A DNA stretch of 64,000 bases from Camelus dromedarius (taxonomy: Eukaryota). The stretch spans positions 74,650,001 through 74,714,000 of the forward strand of contig NC_087437.1 of assembly GCF_036321535.1 (NCBI RefSeq), written 5' to 3'. Shown in pieces: positions 1 to 13,670 of the stretch. Each line of letters starts with the position of its first letter. The stretch's first letter is position 1. The notes below the pieces were generated by a model, which did not search any database, was not told the DNA's origin, and saw nothing but the letters and a program-made list of their open reading frames with translations. Position numbers and translations under genes: made by a program.

Positions 1-1330
1 ATGTAGGCATATGTACCTGAGGTTTAAAGAAATTCAGAATAAATATGGAATATATTCAGCATAGCCAGCTTCTTTCTGTTTCCAATTTAACTTTGCTGCA
101 ATTAGACTGTATTTGAAGAACTGCATCCCTTCACCAATAGACACCAAGAGAATGTAATGAAGATGAATAAAGGGGAGAAAAATTTAAAGGTAAATGAAGA
201 CAGACTCGGGAAACGGTTGGTGCTTTCACTGGGAAGGACTCTTGCAGTGACTGAGCATCTGGCTTTAACCCAAGAAAAGAGTCACTGAGGATGCCTGGCA
301 AGGTGGTAGAGAAAGACAGAGGCAGAGAGAAATAGAATAAATAGGAAAAGACAATGAGGCTCAATAATTCCAATTAGCATTTAATTTTCTTACTATCCAA
401 AGTGGTTAGAATGATCCTCACCCACACAGGCCAGTGTCTTTCTCTGTCTTTTCCTCTACCAACTCTAAATTGGATTTTCTACCATTCTGAGACTAACCAC
501 AAGGTCTCATTCTCATTGAGAGAGAGTACAGAGGCTTACAGGACAAAATCAGTTGCCCAAGCAAAATAATAAATTGCAAGGAAAATAAAAAGTAGAAAGA
601 AAACGTTATTAATGGTATCAGGAGAAAGAAGAAGTGCAGTGAAAATGTTGCTCTCTTTTTACATGGGATACTTCATAGCTGATCTCTCTAAATAGACTAG
701 AAGTTCTCAAACCTCAATCTTAACTTTTTAAACAAGTCACTGCAATTTCATACACGTAATATGCACCATCTATACCAAAAGAGTGGCAGACAAGTCAAGA
801 CTGACTTGTCTTGGGAAGAAAATGTTGAAATGTGTTTTAGATAGAGAGGGCTAATTGGCATCCAACTTAAAATACCCAAGAAATTAGCCCACACTGCCAA
901 GCCATTAGCTCTGACTAAGAAATACTGGAAGACAGGACATCTGTGCTATGCCTGAAAAGGGCAGAAGTTACGTTCATTTTTAAAGAAAAATTGTCATAGC
1001 CCCATAAATCATAGACTATTCAGCTTCACTTGAAGTCCCAAAAAGATATTGGATTTAATCTTCATATAATTAATGCAAAAATATCAACAATGCCAGGTAC
1101 GGAAGAATGCTCAGCCTGACTCTCTGAAGGAGAAATCCTATTAAACCCACTGGCTATTCGAAGACAGCTGACAGGTTATGTAGATAAGGTGAATACAATT
1201 GATGGAATGCTGCAGACTTTAGTAAGGTCTTAATTCTAAAATACCTGATTTTTTTCATCAATAAAAAAGGCTTAGAGTTATAGTATGGAGTTTGTAAAAT
1301 TTAGGTGAAGACTTCAAAAGTTCAGGAACT

Positions 1331-1496
1331 TGGTGGGGAAGGTATAGCTCAGTGATAAGAGTGTGTGCTTAGCATTCATGTGGTCCTGGGTTCAATCCCC
1401 AGTACCTCCATTAAATAAACAAATAAATAAACCTTATTTCCTCCCTCCTTCAAAAAAATTTTTTTTCTCTAAGTAAAATGTCAGCCTTTCCAAAAA
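1331..1496 (+). mobile_element. tRNA-derived SINE (Vic-1-like)
   Basis: A box tagctcagtg, B box ggttcaatcc, 15-bp TSD AAAAGTTCAGGAACT. Confidence 0.9.
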
Positions 1497-2422
1497 AAAA
1501 GTTCAGGAACTCAATATTGCCAAAAGGACATTTCAAGGAGTGCCCCATTTAAAGGCAGATATTTTGGTCACCTCCTGAAGCCCCACCATTAGTCAGGAAA
1601 AGGCACCTTTCTCCCCAGCAGACTGGCCCTGGTTCAGCCCCTACTTATGACTTGCCTAACAGACTTAATGTAGGACAAACTGTATAAGCAGGTAGCCTGA
1701 TTGCAACTCCCTTTCTCCACAGCATATAACAGCTTATAATATACTATATAGATTAACTTATCTTGTTTATTTTTGGTCTCTCACTAGAATATACGCTCCA
1801 TGATGGCAAAGATTTTTGTCTGTTTTGTTCACTGTCATGTCACCAGCATCTGGTGTGCCTGAATAATCACGGCAGTGCTTAATAAATGTTTGCTTAAGAA
1901 ACGACAGAGGAAACAGATCAGATCAAATGAAAACAATGAAGGCAAATAAAGCAATTTTTGAAGGCAAAAAGGAAGAGGATATCCTCGTTATCCTCCGACT
2001 TGTCAATAAGTTCCTACCACGACAGCCAAAACCAAGAGGTGATCCCTGGGGACTCACTGCCTTTGATCGAGACTTAAACACCAAGGCACAGCATTAAAAT
2101 CTTCCCTCCTCCTCTCAGCCCTCCTCTGGGCTCTGCCTGAATTCACCAATAGCCATCCCGTTTCTAAGGCAATGTGACAGGTACGCCCTCTAGTGATTCG
2201 CCACTCTGCAAAAATCTGAAACAGGGATGAACCGGGGAGACGAGGTTCATCATTTCCCCTAGTTTAAAAGCCCCACCCATTCTGAAGGATTTCCAGGAAA
2301 TTTCCACTTGACAAAAGCTAGAATTAAATGCCACCATTTTAAAGGATCTATGGGGGAGAGAGAGGTGAAGGCTTGATTCAAAGACTAACAGAAAAGATAC
2401 CATTTATGCCAGTCATTCTAGA

Positions 2423-2470
2423 ATGCCTCTTCTAAGAAAGGTGTGCATGCCTCTTCTAAGATAGGTGTGC
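2423..2470 (+). repeat. 24-bp tandem duplication
   Basis: atgcctcttctaaga(a/t)aggtgtgc twice. Confidence 0.9.
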
Positions 2471-4974
2471 AAAATAAATAACCTGCTTTTCACTTTAAAA
2501 ACATTTTAAAAATCTTCCTTGAGCTTGTACCTCTACCAGCAGCCCCAGTCTCTTGCCTTCCTTTCGCAATCACATTTCAGGATGAAATGGCTTGCGTCTC
2601 TGGTCTCCCCTTTCTTACCTCCGAATACCATACATGTCAACTCACTTCCATCAGGCTCCTGTCCACACACACACTCTCCTGGTTCTCCTCTCTCCCAGGT
2701 GGCTCTCTCTCCTCCCTTCTGCAGGATGTTTGCTCAGCTCTTAGTGGTTGTCTCCTTGTAGCCCTCTGTCTATACACTATTCTTGGGCAATGACATTCAC
2801 TCCTTGCAATCAGCCCATGACCCCAATCCAAACCTCTGTGCAGGTTAACATCTCACAACTAGTCATCTCCTCCTGGGTGGCCTTCAGTCACATCAAAATT
2901 AAAAGTACAAAACTGAAATCTTAAACTCTTCATATGACAACGCCTCCTTATTTGTCGTTCCCTCTTCAAACTGCTCCTCCTCTTTTGAGTGCCCTTCTCT
3001 GTGAATACGTGGCATCACCATCTACTAAGTCAAGGCCAACAAGCTCAGAGTTGTCCTTGACTCCTCTCTCACCCTCGGCTCCCACATTCAAAATGCCCCA
3101 GTTGCAGACTGAGTTCACCAGGAGGCAGACCCTAAGGTGGAGGTTAGTGGGTCAGAAGTTTATGAAGGAGTGACGCTGGGACCAACACCTGTAGAAGAAA
3201 GGGAAACCCACCAGGATTAAGCAGGAGAAGATGTGAAGTCAAGCTCTACTGTAGCCCTAACAACTGCCTGAGCTGGCTCCATCAGGAGCTTGAAAGATAG
3301 AGGGGACTTCTGAGAGTTGCCTTGAACGGGCTTAGACGGCAAAGCCTGTATACACCATCATCAATACCAGCTACATGATCTGCAGAGTCCAGGGCAAACT
3401 GAAAATGCAAGGCTCTATTTAAAAATTAAGATTTCCAAGAGGGCGACAGCAGAACATGAAGCCAAGCCCTAGCCCCTTCTGCGTGGCTGCACAGGGTGCA
3501 CATTCACGACGCTGAGACTGCTCCTCGTCAGCTGCTGCATGTGGTCAAGGTCCCTCTGCTGCTGAGACTGTCCCTGGAGGGGCTGGCAGCTGCCGGCTGT
3601 CTGCCAATGGCACTCCCAGCAACTGGAGCAAGGGAACATCACTCAGGAGGCATCCGGGCCTGCATCACAGTGTCCGCTGCCTTGCCTGTCCACTTCACCA
3701 CCTTGAAATTTCTTCCATCAGTTCTCTCTTCTCAACCGACCCTGCTAATCAACAGAATTAAGGTTCTCATCATCTCTTGCCTTAACTACTGAAACCATCC
3801 CATGCCTGTTATTTCTCTACTTTTAGTAGACAAATCCACTGCTGAAAAGGAGACTGTCATTCCCACTCTTAAAATACTAAATAGCTTCCCATTACCCATA
3901 AGGTTAAAATCTAAGCCAACATTTCCCAAACTGTCTTTCGTAAAACACTAGTCTTCAGAGTAAAAAAAAATATGTGATGCTTGCAATTTTCTTCTGAGTT
4001 ATCTTTTAAATGCTTGTGTAATAAAAATACTAAACCATTTACACTGTTGTGGTTACTATTTCATGATAATCATTCCTAAAGATTGGTGAGTGACATCTCA
4101 GAACTCCAGAGGTAGCAGGAAAAATCTCCTAATCAAAGAGTTTTATTCAATCTACACATTGACCTCTAAACAGCATTTACTAACTACTGCCTAGATGTAC
4201 ATCAACTTGTGGATAATCACTAAAATTTTGTATTTTCTACCTAGTTTTAATAATAACTGTGATATTATTCAATGTTTTTTATTTTAGGCATGGGTTTTAT
4301 AAAATATTTTCCCCTCTGGGTTTGTGGATTATAGAAGTCTCTCACTACTTTTTAGGATCCTTTTTCTTTTTTCTTTTTAACTAATAAACATTTAAATATA
4401 CTTCCTGAAGCAGTACATGCAGGAAGATTCAGGCATCATAATTGTACAGCCTGATGAATTACCACAAGATAAACAGTCGTGTAACAACCACCAAAATCAA
4501 GAAATAAAATATTAACATCTAAGGGCCTCCCTTTGCCCTTACTGTCACTACTCCTTTCCTCCTCCCCAAAGTTAACCACTAAACAGCCTCTAACAATTGG
4601 TGAGCTACATGAATCCAAGTTGGACTTACATGAGCTCCTGTTGATATTTCATTATGTGCCAACTAACGATGCAGCTGGGATTCAAACTGGACTCTTATTT
4701 ATAAAGCCTATGCTTTTGGAATGTCCCTAATGGTCGTTTCCATTCCCTACTGACACAGTAACATTGCTTAGAAAAAGAAAACATAATTATTTCTTCAAAT
4801 TACAGAGGTTTCCACACTGTACCTTGACAGGAGGGGAAAAAAAAACACAAAAAAACACCCTTTACACAGCCAAGTAAAGTATGTAAATGAAGATGGACGT
4901 TAAATCTAAATGTTTATTAAATAATGAAGCTACTAACCCTAACATCTTTGGATTGATATAAGAACTATATATGG

Positions 4975-5083
4975 ACAATGAATATGTATATGTTCATGTA
5001 TAACTGAAAAATTGTGCTCTACACTGGAATTTGACACAACATTGTAAAATGATTATAAATCAATAAAAAATGTTAAAAAAAAA
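4975..5083 (+). mobile_element. Very short young L1 3-prime tail with target-site duplication
   Basis: ttgacacaacattgtaaa...aataaa plus poly(A); TSD AACTATATATGG at 4963-4974 and 5084-5095. Confidence 0.85.
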
Positions 5084-8000
5084 AACTATATATGGGGGTA
5101 TGTGTATGTGTGTATGCAAACACATATGTGTATAGATATTACAGTCATATAATCCCATACCTGCAATGCAATAAAATATATTTTCTAAATTTGGCACAAG
5201 TTCATTGGCAGTAAGACATGCCCTAAACCTATATGAGGCTAAATATAGTCTTTATAATTTATTATGTAAATATAATATATAAATCTATTTTGCTGGTGCA
5301 ATGTGATAAGTTGTACCATCGCAGCCCCCTTGGGTGTGTCATATAGTGTGGCATAAGTATTATGTTATCTGATTTCAGATCAGATGATTTCTGATTTTTA
5401 AAACATCTGGCCCCAAGTGAGTTCTCTTCCCCCACAACCAAAAAAAAAAAAAAAAAGGAAAGAAAAAAAGAAAAGAAATCTGAATAAGTCTGTGGTATAG
5501 TAGTGAATAGGTTTTTATGTTAAAAAAGCCCTAAAGGAAATTGAAGCCAGGTGATCAGTTATAGGCAAAAGAAAAGCAATGCAAACAACACACTCTTCCA
5601 CTAAAAAGGGACTGAAAAATAAAAATACAGCATTGGAAATCAGTAACCGTGATAAATGGAAAAATCTATGAGATTTCACGGTATAACAAGCTGCCCTCTT
5701 TCATCATTTCTCCTTATCAAAGTAAACAGAAATGCCTTTTAAACATCATAGATACTTGCATTTAAGACTTTTTTCACATTTGATCATTTGTGAAACCCAA
5801 GTGTATCTTACAATTAATATGTATGCTTAGTGTATAAGGAAAAATAGTGATGAATAAATCAAGGATGAACGTTACAGTCACGGATATCCAAGGAAATAAA
5901 TTTTCTCATCATACCTAAAGCATTCACCTGTTTCTGCTAGTGAACTGGAATCCAGTAAAACTACAGAGCACCCATAGCCACTCTGCCAAAGACAGTTACA
6001 GAATTCCAAGTGATGTGTCCGTGTCTCCGGTTATGAGAACTGACTCATGCAGACCTATTCGCAATCCTTTCTCAATGCGTAAATTACTTTTCCGAGCAAC
6101 TCCCTCAAGTTAGCAGACAAGAAAATACATTTATGCATTAAGTATACAGTTAATACCATTGAGCTATAAATACTTAAGAGATTAGTTAGAGTGTGGAAAT
6201 AACACAATAAAAGCACCTAATTCTTCATCATTAGATACTGAAAATAAACATGAAATTATATATATACATATGTATTTGCATATACATATTTCTATGTAAC
6301 ATTATGTGTGTTTAGATGGACGATATCACAATGAACACATCGTTTTGCAACTTGCTTTCTAGAATTGCTGTATAGTATCCAAAGGGTGCCTATTCCACAG
6401 ACATTTTGCATACTGAGGAATATTCTGATTTCTTACTTTTTGCTATTTCAAATGTGCTTCAGAATATCTCTAAAGGGCACATTAAAAATTGGTATATCCT
6501 GGTTGCCTCTAAGAACAAATCATAGAATAGACATCTGAGTTTGAGAATGGCACACTTTTCCCTAAACATCCTTTTATATTATTTAAATTTTTCGTATGTG
6601 AAAATAACAATTACAATTTTTATTAAAAGAAAGCTTTAAATACAGTATCAGTACTGTGTAGTCATTAAAATTGAAAAAACAAAGGCAAAGCTGCAATGAA
6701 TCTGCTCTTTTCTGCATATTTTTTGGTTACAATCTATCAGGCACTGTAGGAAGAGTTGTACATATATTGCCTCATTTTGCCTCATTTAACCTTTATAATC
6801 ACCTTATAAGAGAAGTATTATTGCCCCCACGTTACAGATAAGGAAATTGAACGTGAACAAGTTAATTAATTTTCTTGAGTCACAGAAAGAGAAAGAGAGT
6901 GACAAAACCAAGATTTAAACCAAATTTTTCCAGTTCAAAAATCCTAGCTCCCAGCCACTGGGCTGGGATAATAGCTTCTTCTCCAGAGACTTCTAACCCC
7001 TATTGCCTCCAGCTGTGTTGCAATTTGGGGAAGCATTTGCAGGATTCTAATGAAGTTGGTTTTCCCATATCCCTGGACATTTGCACATTCTGTCCTTTGT
7101 TTACAGATCTCCCTTCTTGGTTAATTCCTAGCCAATCTTCAATGATCAACTCAAGTTTCATGCCCTCCTGCAATCTTCCCCTAAACTTCAGACTGAGACT
7201 TCAGACTGAGAAGAATGACTTTTGTCTGCCTTTTGCAGCATTCTGTGCTACCAATGTGTTTAAAAAAAAAAAAAAAAAAAAGGCGTTAAGTCACCTAGGT
7301 GTCTCTTGGCCAACAAGTCCTCAATGTCAGGATATCTAAATATTCCTCATATCACTAGTTCCAGTGCTAGAATATACGTTAGGCTCTCCATCACTGTAAA
7401 CTGAATTCAAGCCAAGGCCTAATATAACCAAAGAACTATAGTATGTTGGAACTAATTCAGGATTCCCAACCCAGGCTGCACACTGCAACCTCAGGAACTT
7501 TTAAAATAGGGTATCTAGGCTTGTCCAAGAACTAGGGGCCTGGCTTAGTCTGGCAGGGGTTGAGGACTGTCACGTAAATCTTACTTGAGCTAAGGACTAT
7601 AAATACAGAACTAACTAGGCTTGTGTTTCTCAACCTACAATATTCTTGGGCCCATAGGTTCTGTATAAGACTTCTTTTAATTTTGCATTTTCATTTTGAT
7701 GACAACCGTAAAGATAAACAGAAACATCTTCTAGATTTTTTTTTTTTGAAGACTGAGTTCTACCCAAAGCTTCAAAAGCCCATGTCAAACACATGTGTTT
7801 CTTACTGAGTTGGCCACAAGCAGGACTACTCTAACTGCCTCAGGCTAGTGTGAAAAGAACAGGGACTGGTTTAACATGTCTGTGCTGCACTCCTGCCAAG
7901 AGATCAAATGCCCACCATGAACGCCACAAGAATGAAGGTTTCACGGTAGTTCGCATGGGGGCAGCGGTGGGTGAACTGTGTCATCGCACGGCACCTGTGG

Positions 8001-8309
8001 ACCAGTCATGCTGACTCCAAAGACCCCGGGCCCTGGGAGTCAGGTGCAGGCCCTGCGCAAATGGGACTTCAACAAAACAGCATCTACCCGACAAAGTTTG
8101 TAATGTGACCTGCTACCTGAAAAAGAATGCAGCAAACCTTTGCAAAAATAAACAAAAATAAATAACCTATATACCTCTGGAGATGTAGATATAGAGATTT
8201 TCCCTTTGGGAAGGGGAATTGCAAATCTGAGACAATGGGGGGGGTTATTTTTTATTATATAGTCTTTTGTACATTTTTAGTAATGACATAATTTCTTTCT
8301 TTTTAGTTA

Positions 8310-8437
8310 ATTTTTTTGGGGGGGAGTAATTAGATTTGTTTGTTTGTTTATTTACTTAATGGAAGTACTGGGGATTGAACCCAGGACCCTGTGCACGCTA
8401 AGCAAGCACTCTACCACTGAGCTATACCCACCTCTCC
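8310..8437 (-). mobile_element. tRNA-derived SINE (Vic-1-like)
   Basis: ggggattgaacccagg...ctaccactgagctata; TSD TCTTTTTAGTTA. Confidence 0.9.
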
Positions 8438-9047
8438 TCTTTTTAGTTAGTTTTTATTTTGGATGTGATGTTGTATATGACCTGTCAACATAAGGAGTAA
8501 CAATTTTATGTTTATACTATTTTATATTGTCATAAAATAATTTAAATCAATAGTTGGACACAAGAAGATACATATTTTTCCCTTTAAAGTGATTATTACC
8601 TCACTCACTAGGCAAAGGGGTACTGCAGGCATGTTGGGGGTGGGCATGTTGAGGGTGAGCGGGAGGAAGCAGCCCCGGGGGAGCTGAGGATGCTCACAGG
8701 AGAGAAGGTCCCACAGGAAGAAGAACTCCAGGTACCCTGAGCACGGTTGGTGTAGAACCAGCAGGGGGCAGGCAAGGCAGACCAGTCCTGGTGGCAGGTC
8801 TGCAGGGAGGAATTTAGTCTTTTCCCTAAGAACAATGAGAAGCCCTGTTCTTTCCATCAGATTGAGCATTTAGAAATCAATTTTGGTTGTAGGCCTTTGT
8901 AATTCTAAAACCACTTTTAGTTTAAACACAATTTGTTTCCCTCCAAATTTATCCAAAATATTGTTTTACAACATCCAAGGAAGCAAGGGATAGGATTATT
9001 CGAATAGAGTAAAAAAAAATTGACAAGTTTATAGACTAGTATGTATA

Positions 9048-9412
9048 GGTCTGCTCTGTCCAATACAGTAACTACCAGCCATGCGTAGCTTGTAGGCACC
9101 TGAGTTGGGGCTAGTCCCAGTTGAGGTGTTCTGTAAGCATGAAATGTACACCAAATTTCAAATAATTCATACCAATAAAGTTTATGGATTATCACATTAA
9201 AATATGTCTACGTTGATTCCCTGCTGAAATATTATTTGGGATATATTCAGGTAAATAGAATATATTACTAAAAGCTTTTCATTTGTTTTGTTTTTTTTTA
9301 ATGTGGCTACTAGAAAATTAAAATTACAAAAAAAAGAAAAAACAAAAACAAGAAAGAAAACAGTTAAAATTACATATGTGGATCAGTTTATATTTCTATT
9401 TGGACAGCACCG
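9048..9412. mobile_element. MER33-like hAT DNA transposon relic
   Basis: Inverted termini ctgtccaata / tatttggacag. Confidence 0.65.
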
Positions 9413-9615
9413 ATATAGAATCTTCATACTAGCATATGCGTAATAATTTATTGATGCATTTAATCCTCATGTGAACCTGATAAGACAGACACTGTTATTA
9501 TCCTATTTTGCAGATTAATAACCTGAAGCCCAGATGCTGCATAGGACATTTTTGTAAGGGTACACAAGATACTGACAACAGTGGTGGTGTCTTGAGGAGG
9601 AATTAGGGGTTGAGG

Positions 9616-9855
9616 TGTTAAAATAACTTCTAGGCCCAGGACGGAGCCACTCCTGCCTTAGGTGTCAAGTCAGCAAATTGAAACTTAGATAATATTCATG
9701 TCCTTGTAAATGCTCCACTTGACCAGAAACGTAGAATATCCAGTCAATCACCACAAGCCAGGCCAACTCTGAGCTATTTACTTCCTTGATTCTTATTCCT
9801 GGAAAAGCATCCTGCCTTGTACCCCATTTTGCAATTCTCTGGACTCTTGGGAACA
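9616..9855 (+). mobile_element. Short solo LTR (ERV1-like)
   Basis: TG...CA termini with 4-bp TSD GAGG. Confidence 0.6.
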
Positions 9856-10501
9856 GAGGCCCTTCATAAAGTGTTAAATTCAGTTTGTATCACCTAAATT
9901 GTCTTCTTTAATCATCTTCCACAAAGGTCAGAGATGAAAGGGTGATTGATTTTCTTTGTTTATATTTTTGTTAAGATTGAATTTTGTTACAATGTGAATG
10001 TCATCTGTATGTGGGGACAATCTGCAAAACCACAGCATTTAGAGCACCAACTCAAGTACATTAAGTAGGCCTAGCACTTAATTAAGAGTAATTGGGGGAA
10101 AAAAGAAGAGTAATTAAGAGATTGGCTAGAAATCAAAGCATAAAAACCACTGAAGAATTTGTACCTTCCAATCTAATTACAGGCATGTCTTCCTTGCTTA
10201 TTACCTGTAATCCGCCAAAGTGACTGTTTGCTGAGTATTCAATTGGTCTAGATGCCAAAGCTTCCACATCAAGGAGCCAAGCTCAGTAATCACTTCCATG
10301 GATCGTGGTTTTCACCAAAACAAAAGGCCTGAAAAGAGCAAAGCCATCTTGTTTCAGTCTTTTTTTTTTTTAAATAAACCAGGTAAAGTTCTTTCTTATT
10401 GTAAATGTGAATTCAACTTTTTTTTCCCCTAAAAACATGGATTAGAAATCCTACGTGAGCCAAGGTCAGGCTCTCTGTGGCTATGAGTTGATAGATAATC
10501 C

Positions 10502-11172
10502 TGTTGTTTCAACAATACTGCTATTATATGAATCACCACTATCAGAGAAACCCAGATCGTTAAGATCTCTCAAATAAGCTTGTGTTTACTGAAAATCTAC
10601 TCTCATTCAGTTAGGTAGATAAGTGGGAGCATCAGGCAGATAGTTGGAGGAGAGGGAGGATGGTCAGGAAGATGACGTTATGCCCACCTCCAACATAAAG
10701 GGACTTTATTTCTTCTAAATGAGTGCCAGCAAGAAACTGGTTAAAACCCGACAGCCGACTGCAAGGTAGCAGAAAGGACTTAACCGGACACAACCCAAAG
10801 CTCATTGTATTAAAATTAACATTGCAGTTTAGAAGCCCCCTGGGTTTTTCTGTGTACACCACGGGTAAGGACATGCGCAGAGGGGCCAAGCATGACTAAG
10901 CATTCCAGGGACATGAGCTGTCAATCAATCAAGAGAACATCTCTAAGCGAGGGTGTAAGAAAAAGGGGAGACAAAAACAGCCGCTTTTCAAAAAAAAAAA
11001 AAACAGCTGCTTTTCCTCCCTTGGATCAGCCTGCCTCCCATTCTTGGAGTTGCACTTCTCCTTTTTCTAAATAAATCTTTAAAATCTTTCACTACACAAC
11101 ACACCGTCTCCCGACTGTAAACTTCTCTTTTAGTTATGTCCAGAACCGGGGTCTTTACCTTCTGGAGTAACA
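10502..11172 (+). mobile_element. Solo LTR (ERV1-like)
   Basis: TGTTG...GTAACA, AATAAA near 11070, near-TSD ATCC/ATCT. Confidence 0.65.
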
Positions 11173-11245
11173 ATCTTTCTCCATTTCTCTCTCTCTCTAT
11201 ATATATATATATACACACACATACAGACATGATATTCCCAACATT

Positions 11246-11341
11246 CTTTTTATTAAATTATTATTAATGGAGTTACTAGGGATAGAACCCAGGGCCTCCT
11301 GCAAGCTGAGCATGGGCTCTACCAGAGCTATACCCACCCCT
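11246..11341 (-). mobile_element. tRNA-derived SINE (Vic-1-like)
   Basis: Diverged copy of the same consensus. Confidence 0.8.
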
Positions 11342-12453
11342 CTTCATTTTCATTTCGTGTGCGTTTATTCCTCTACGTGCCTGGCTCTTTTCTAGGAGCT
11401 GGGAGTGTAGCAGAGGCCCAGACAGAGAGCAGCTTTTCTCTCACGGCCAGTATTCTTGTGGAAGTGGAGAGGAAAGCAATAAGCAAACACTCAGGCAGTG
11501 GTCAGTGAATGTGGGGGAGAGAGTTATGAGACAGAGAGGTGGGAATGAGGTGGCTCATTTAGAACAGGGGATCAGGGAACAGCTAAGGAGGTGACATTTG
11601 AGCTGAATACAGAGGGAGCTAGCAAGCCACGAGGCTGTAGAGGGGAAAGTATTCCAAGCAGGCGGCAGAGCAGGAATGAAGACCTTGAAGAGGGGAGAGG
11701 TCTGATGAGTGAGGGGCAGCCAGAGGAACTGTGCCAGGGTGAGCCAGAGGACAGTGTGGAGAGTTCAGAGAGGTAGGCTGAAGTCCCCATAACATTAAAA
11801 TATTTGTAAGCCATAATCACGCATTTAGATTTTACTCTAAATTTAATGGAATTTAAGATTTCTATTTTAAAAGGTCTAGCACCCCAACACTGAGCACTGT
11901 CTAAAGGGTAGGCAGCGTGAAATCACTGCGCAGAATCAGGTGTCCGGGGTTAACATCCAAGGGCTTGTGCTGCCCAGCTCCGGGCCCCCCTCCCTACACT
12001 GGTAACTCTGGGAGCTGGGCTGGAAATGCCTCGCTGTCAGGCCCTGCCCCAGGCATACTGGATAAGAACCTGCATTTTAATAAGCTCCCCAGGTGATTCA
12101 TGAGGGCGTTAAAATTTGAGAAGTGTTTCCAAGCCAGGGATCTCAACCTTGACTGCATTCTGGAATCACCTGAGCAGCTGTAAAAATTACTGACACCAGC
12201 GTCTTTCCAGAGAGGCTGATGTAATTGGTCTGGGGTGCAACCAGGACATCAGGAGGTTTGGAAGCCACTCATCTTCCAAAGGTTGAAAACCACTGCCCTA
12301 AAGTCGCAGTAGGTGACCAAAAGCTGTTTTCACGCTCTGCCGATTAACTCTGGTCTGTTTTTCTTTACGTTCCTTCCCCAAAGTCCCTCGGAGCTCACCT
12401 TGTTTTCCTTTCTCTGGTCACTAGCAAAAGTGCTTTTCTCCCTAGGGATTTTC

Positions 12454-13169
12454 TTTTCTTTTCTTTGAGTAAAAGTAGATTTGTTAGGCAGTTTAGATAG
12501 AAATGAGCACCGGGCAGGGAGAGAGGAAGGGGAAAGGAACAACCCAGAAAATAACAGTAAGTCTGCATTCAGGAAAAGGATACTCCAGAAATCTTTACTT
12601 TCTCTAAACGAGGGCCAGCAAAAGCAGCCAGTTAAAATCAAAATGCTGCAGCTGCGCGTAAGAGAAGGACCCGGCGTGACTTCACCCAATGAACCTGACC
12701 AAAAGGGAATGGGTGTGCCAGAACACAAAGAACCTGAGTTGTCAATCAACCTGGTCACTCAAAGAACCTGAACAACCAATCACAAAACCGCCCCTAAGCC
12801 AGGATATAAAACAGAAAAACAGAGGCGCGCGCCAGTTTTCCTCTCTAGGGTTGGCCCGCTCCCCGCTGTTGGGAGGGAACTATCTTTTACTACCTTTTTA
12901 TTTACTAATAAAAATCTTGCTTATATCACACTTTCTGTCTCCCATTAAAAATTCTTTTTTTAGGGTAACTAGGAACCAAGGTAATTCTTATTTCCCTTTT
13001 CTCGGTAACAGGTTTATTTAGAGAGATACACACTGCATAGAGTGTAGGCTGTTTCCGAAGGCAAGAGGCCATGAGATGTGGGGTTGGGTGCTCCGGTTAA
13101 AGCAGAAGTAGGTACACACTCCACAGACTGTGGGCCGTCTCTGAAGATTAGGGAGCAAGAGAGGCGGCC
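12454..13169 (-). mobile_element. Polyadenylated LTR-derived retroposed fragment
   Basis: Antisense similarity to LTR segment 16190-16272, A-rich tail, 16-bp TSD with 15/16 match. Confidence 0.75.
12482..13010 (+). mobile_element. Solo ERV1-like LTR nested in an antisense retroposed element
   Basis: TGTTAGG...GGTAACA, CCAAT/GC box/TATAAA at ~12775-12811, AATAAA ~12907, near-TSD GATT/GGTT. Confidence 0.85.
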
Positions 13170-13471
13170 CTCCTTAGGGATTTTCAACTACCCACCCTGA
13201 GAAGAGCAGTCTGGCGGGCCCTGAAGACAGACATGCTGGCTTTTCATGATAAGAATTAGCTGCTTTCTCTACTAAACCACAGGCTTTCAAGTCGAACAAC
13301 CCTAAACAAGTTAAAAAACCCACAGTGTTCTTACAGAAGTGACCCTGGGCCTACAGTGCCCTAATTACCTCCAAACGGAAGGCCTAGAATGCAGAGAGCC
13401 ACTCTGTCGGTCCTCAGTCTTTGAAGAGTCCGAGCCGTCCGACGTTCAGGAAAGGCTTCTTCAAACTGAAT

Positions 13472-13670
13472 AGGGTCGGGCCTCCCTCCGTATCCATGGG
13501 TTTCGCATCTGCAGATTCCACCAAGAGATTGGTGGATATGACCAATCCACCTACGGCTGCTTGAATCTGCGGATGTGAAACCGAAGGATACGCATAACTG
13601 ACTATTATACTACAACCTCTTATATAAGGGACTTGAGCATCAGAGGATTTTGGTATCCCAAGGGAGGCTG
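13472..13670. mobile_element. MER2/Tigger-like DNA transposon relic
   Basis: ccctccgtatccatgggtttcgcatc...gggacttgagcatc...ttttggtatcc. Confidence 0.6.

Noticed and set aside
788..811. Perfect 10-bp inverted repeat AGACAAGTCA-AGAC-TGACTTGTCT
   Set aside because: Too short and isolated to support an RNA gene or terminator
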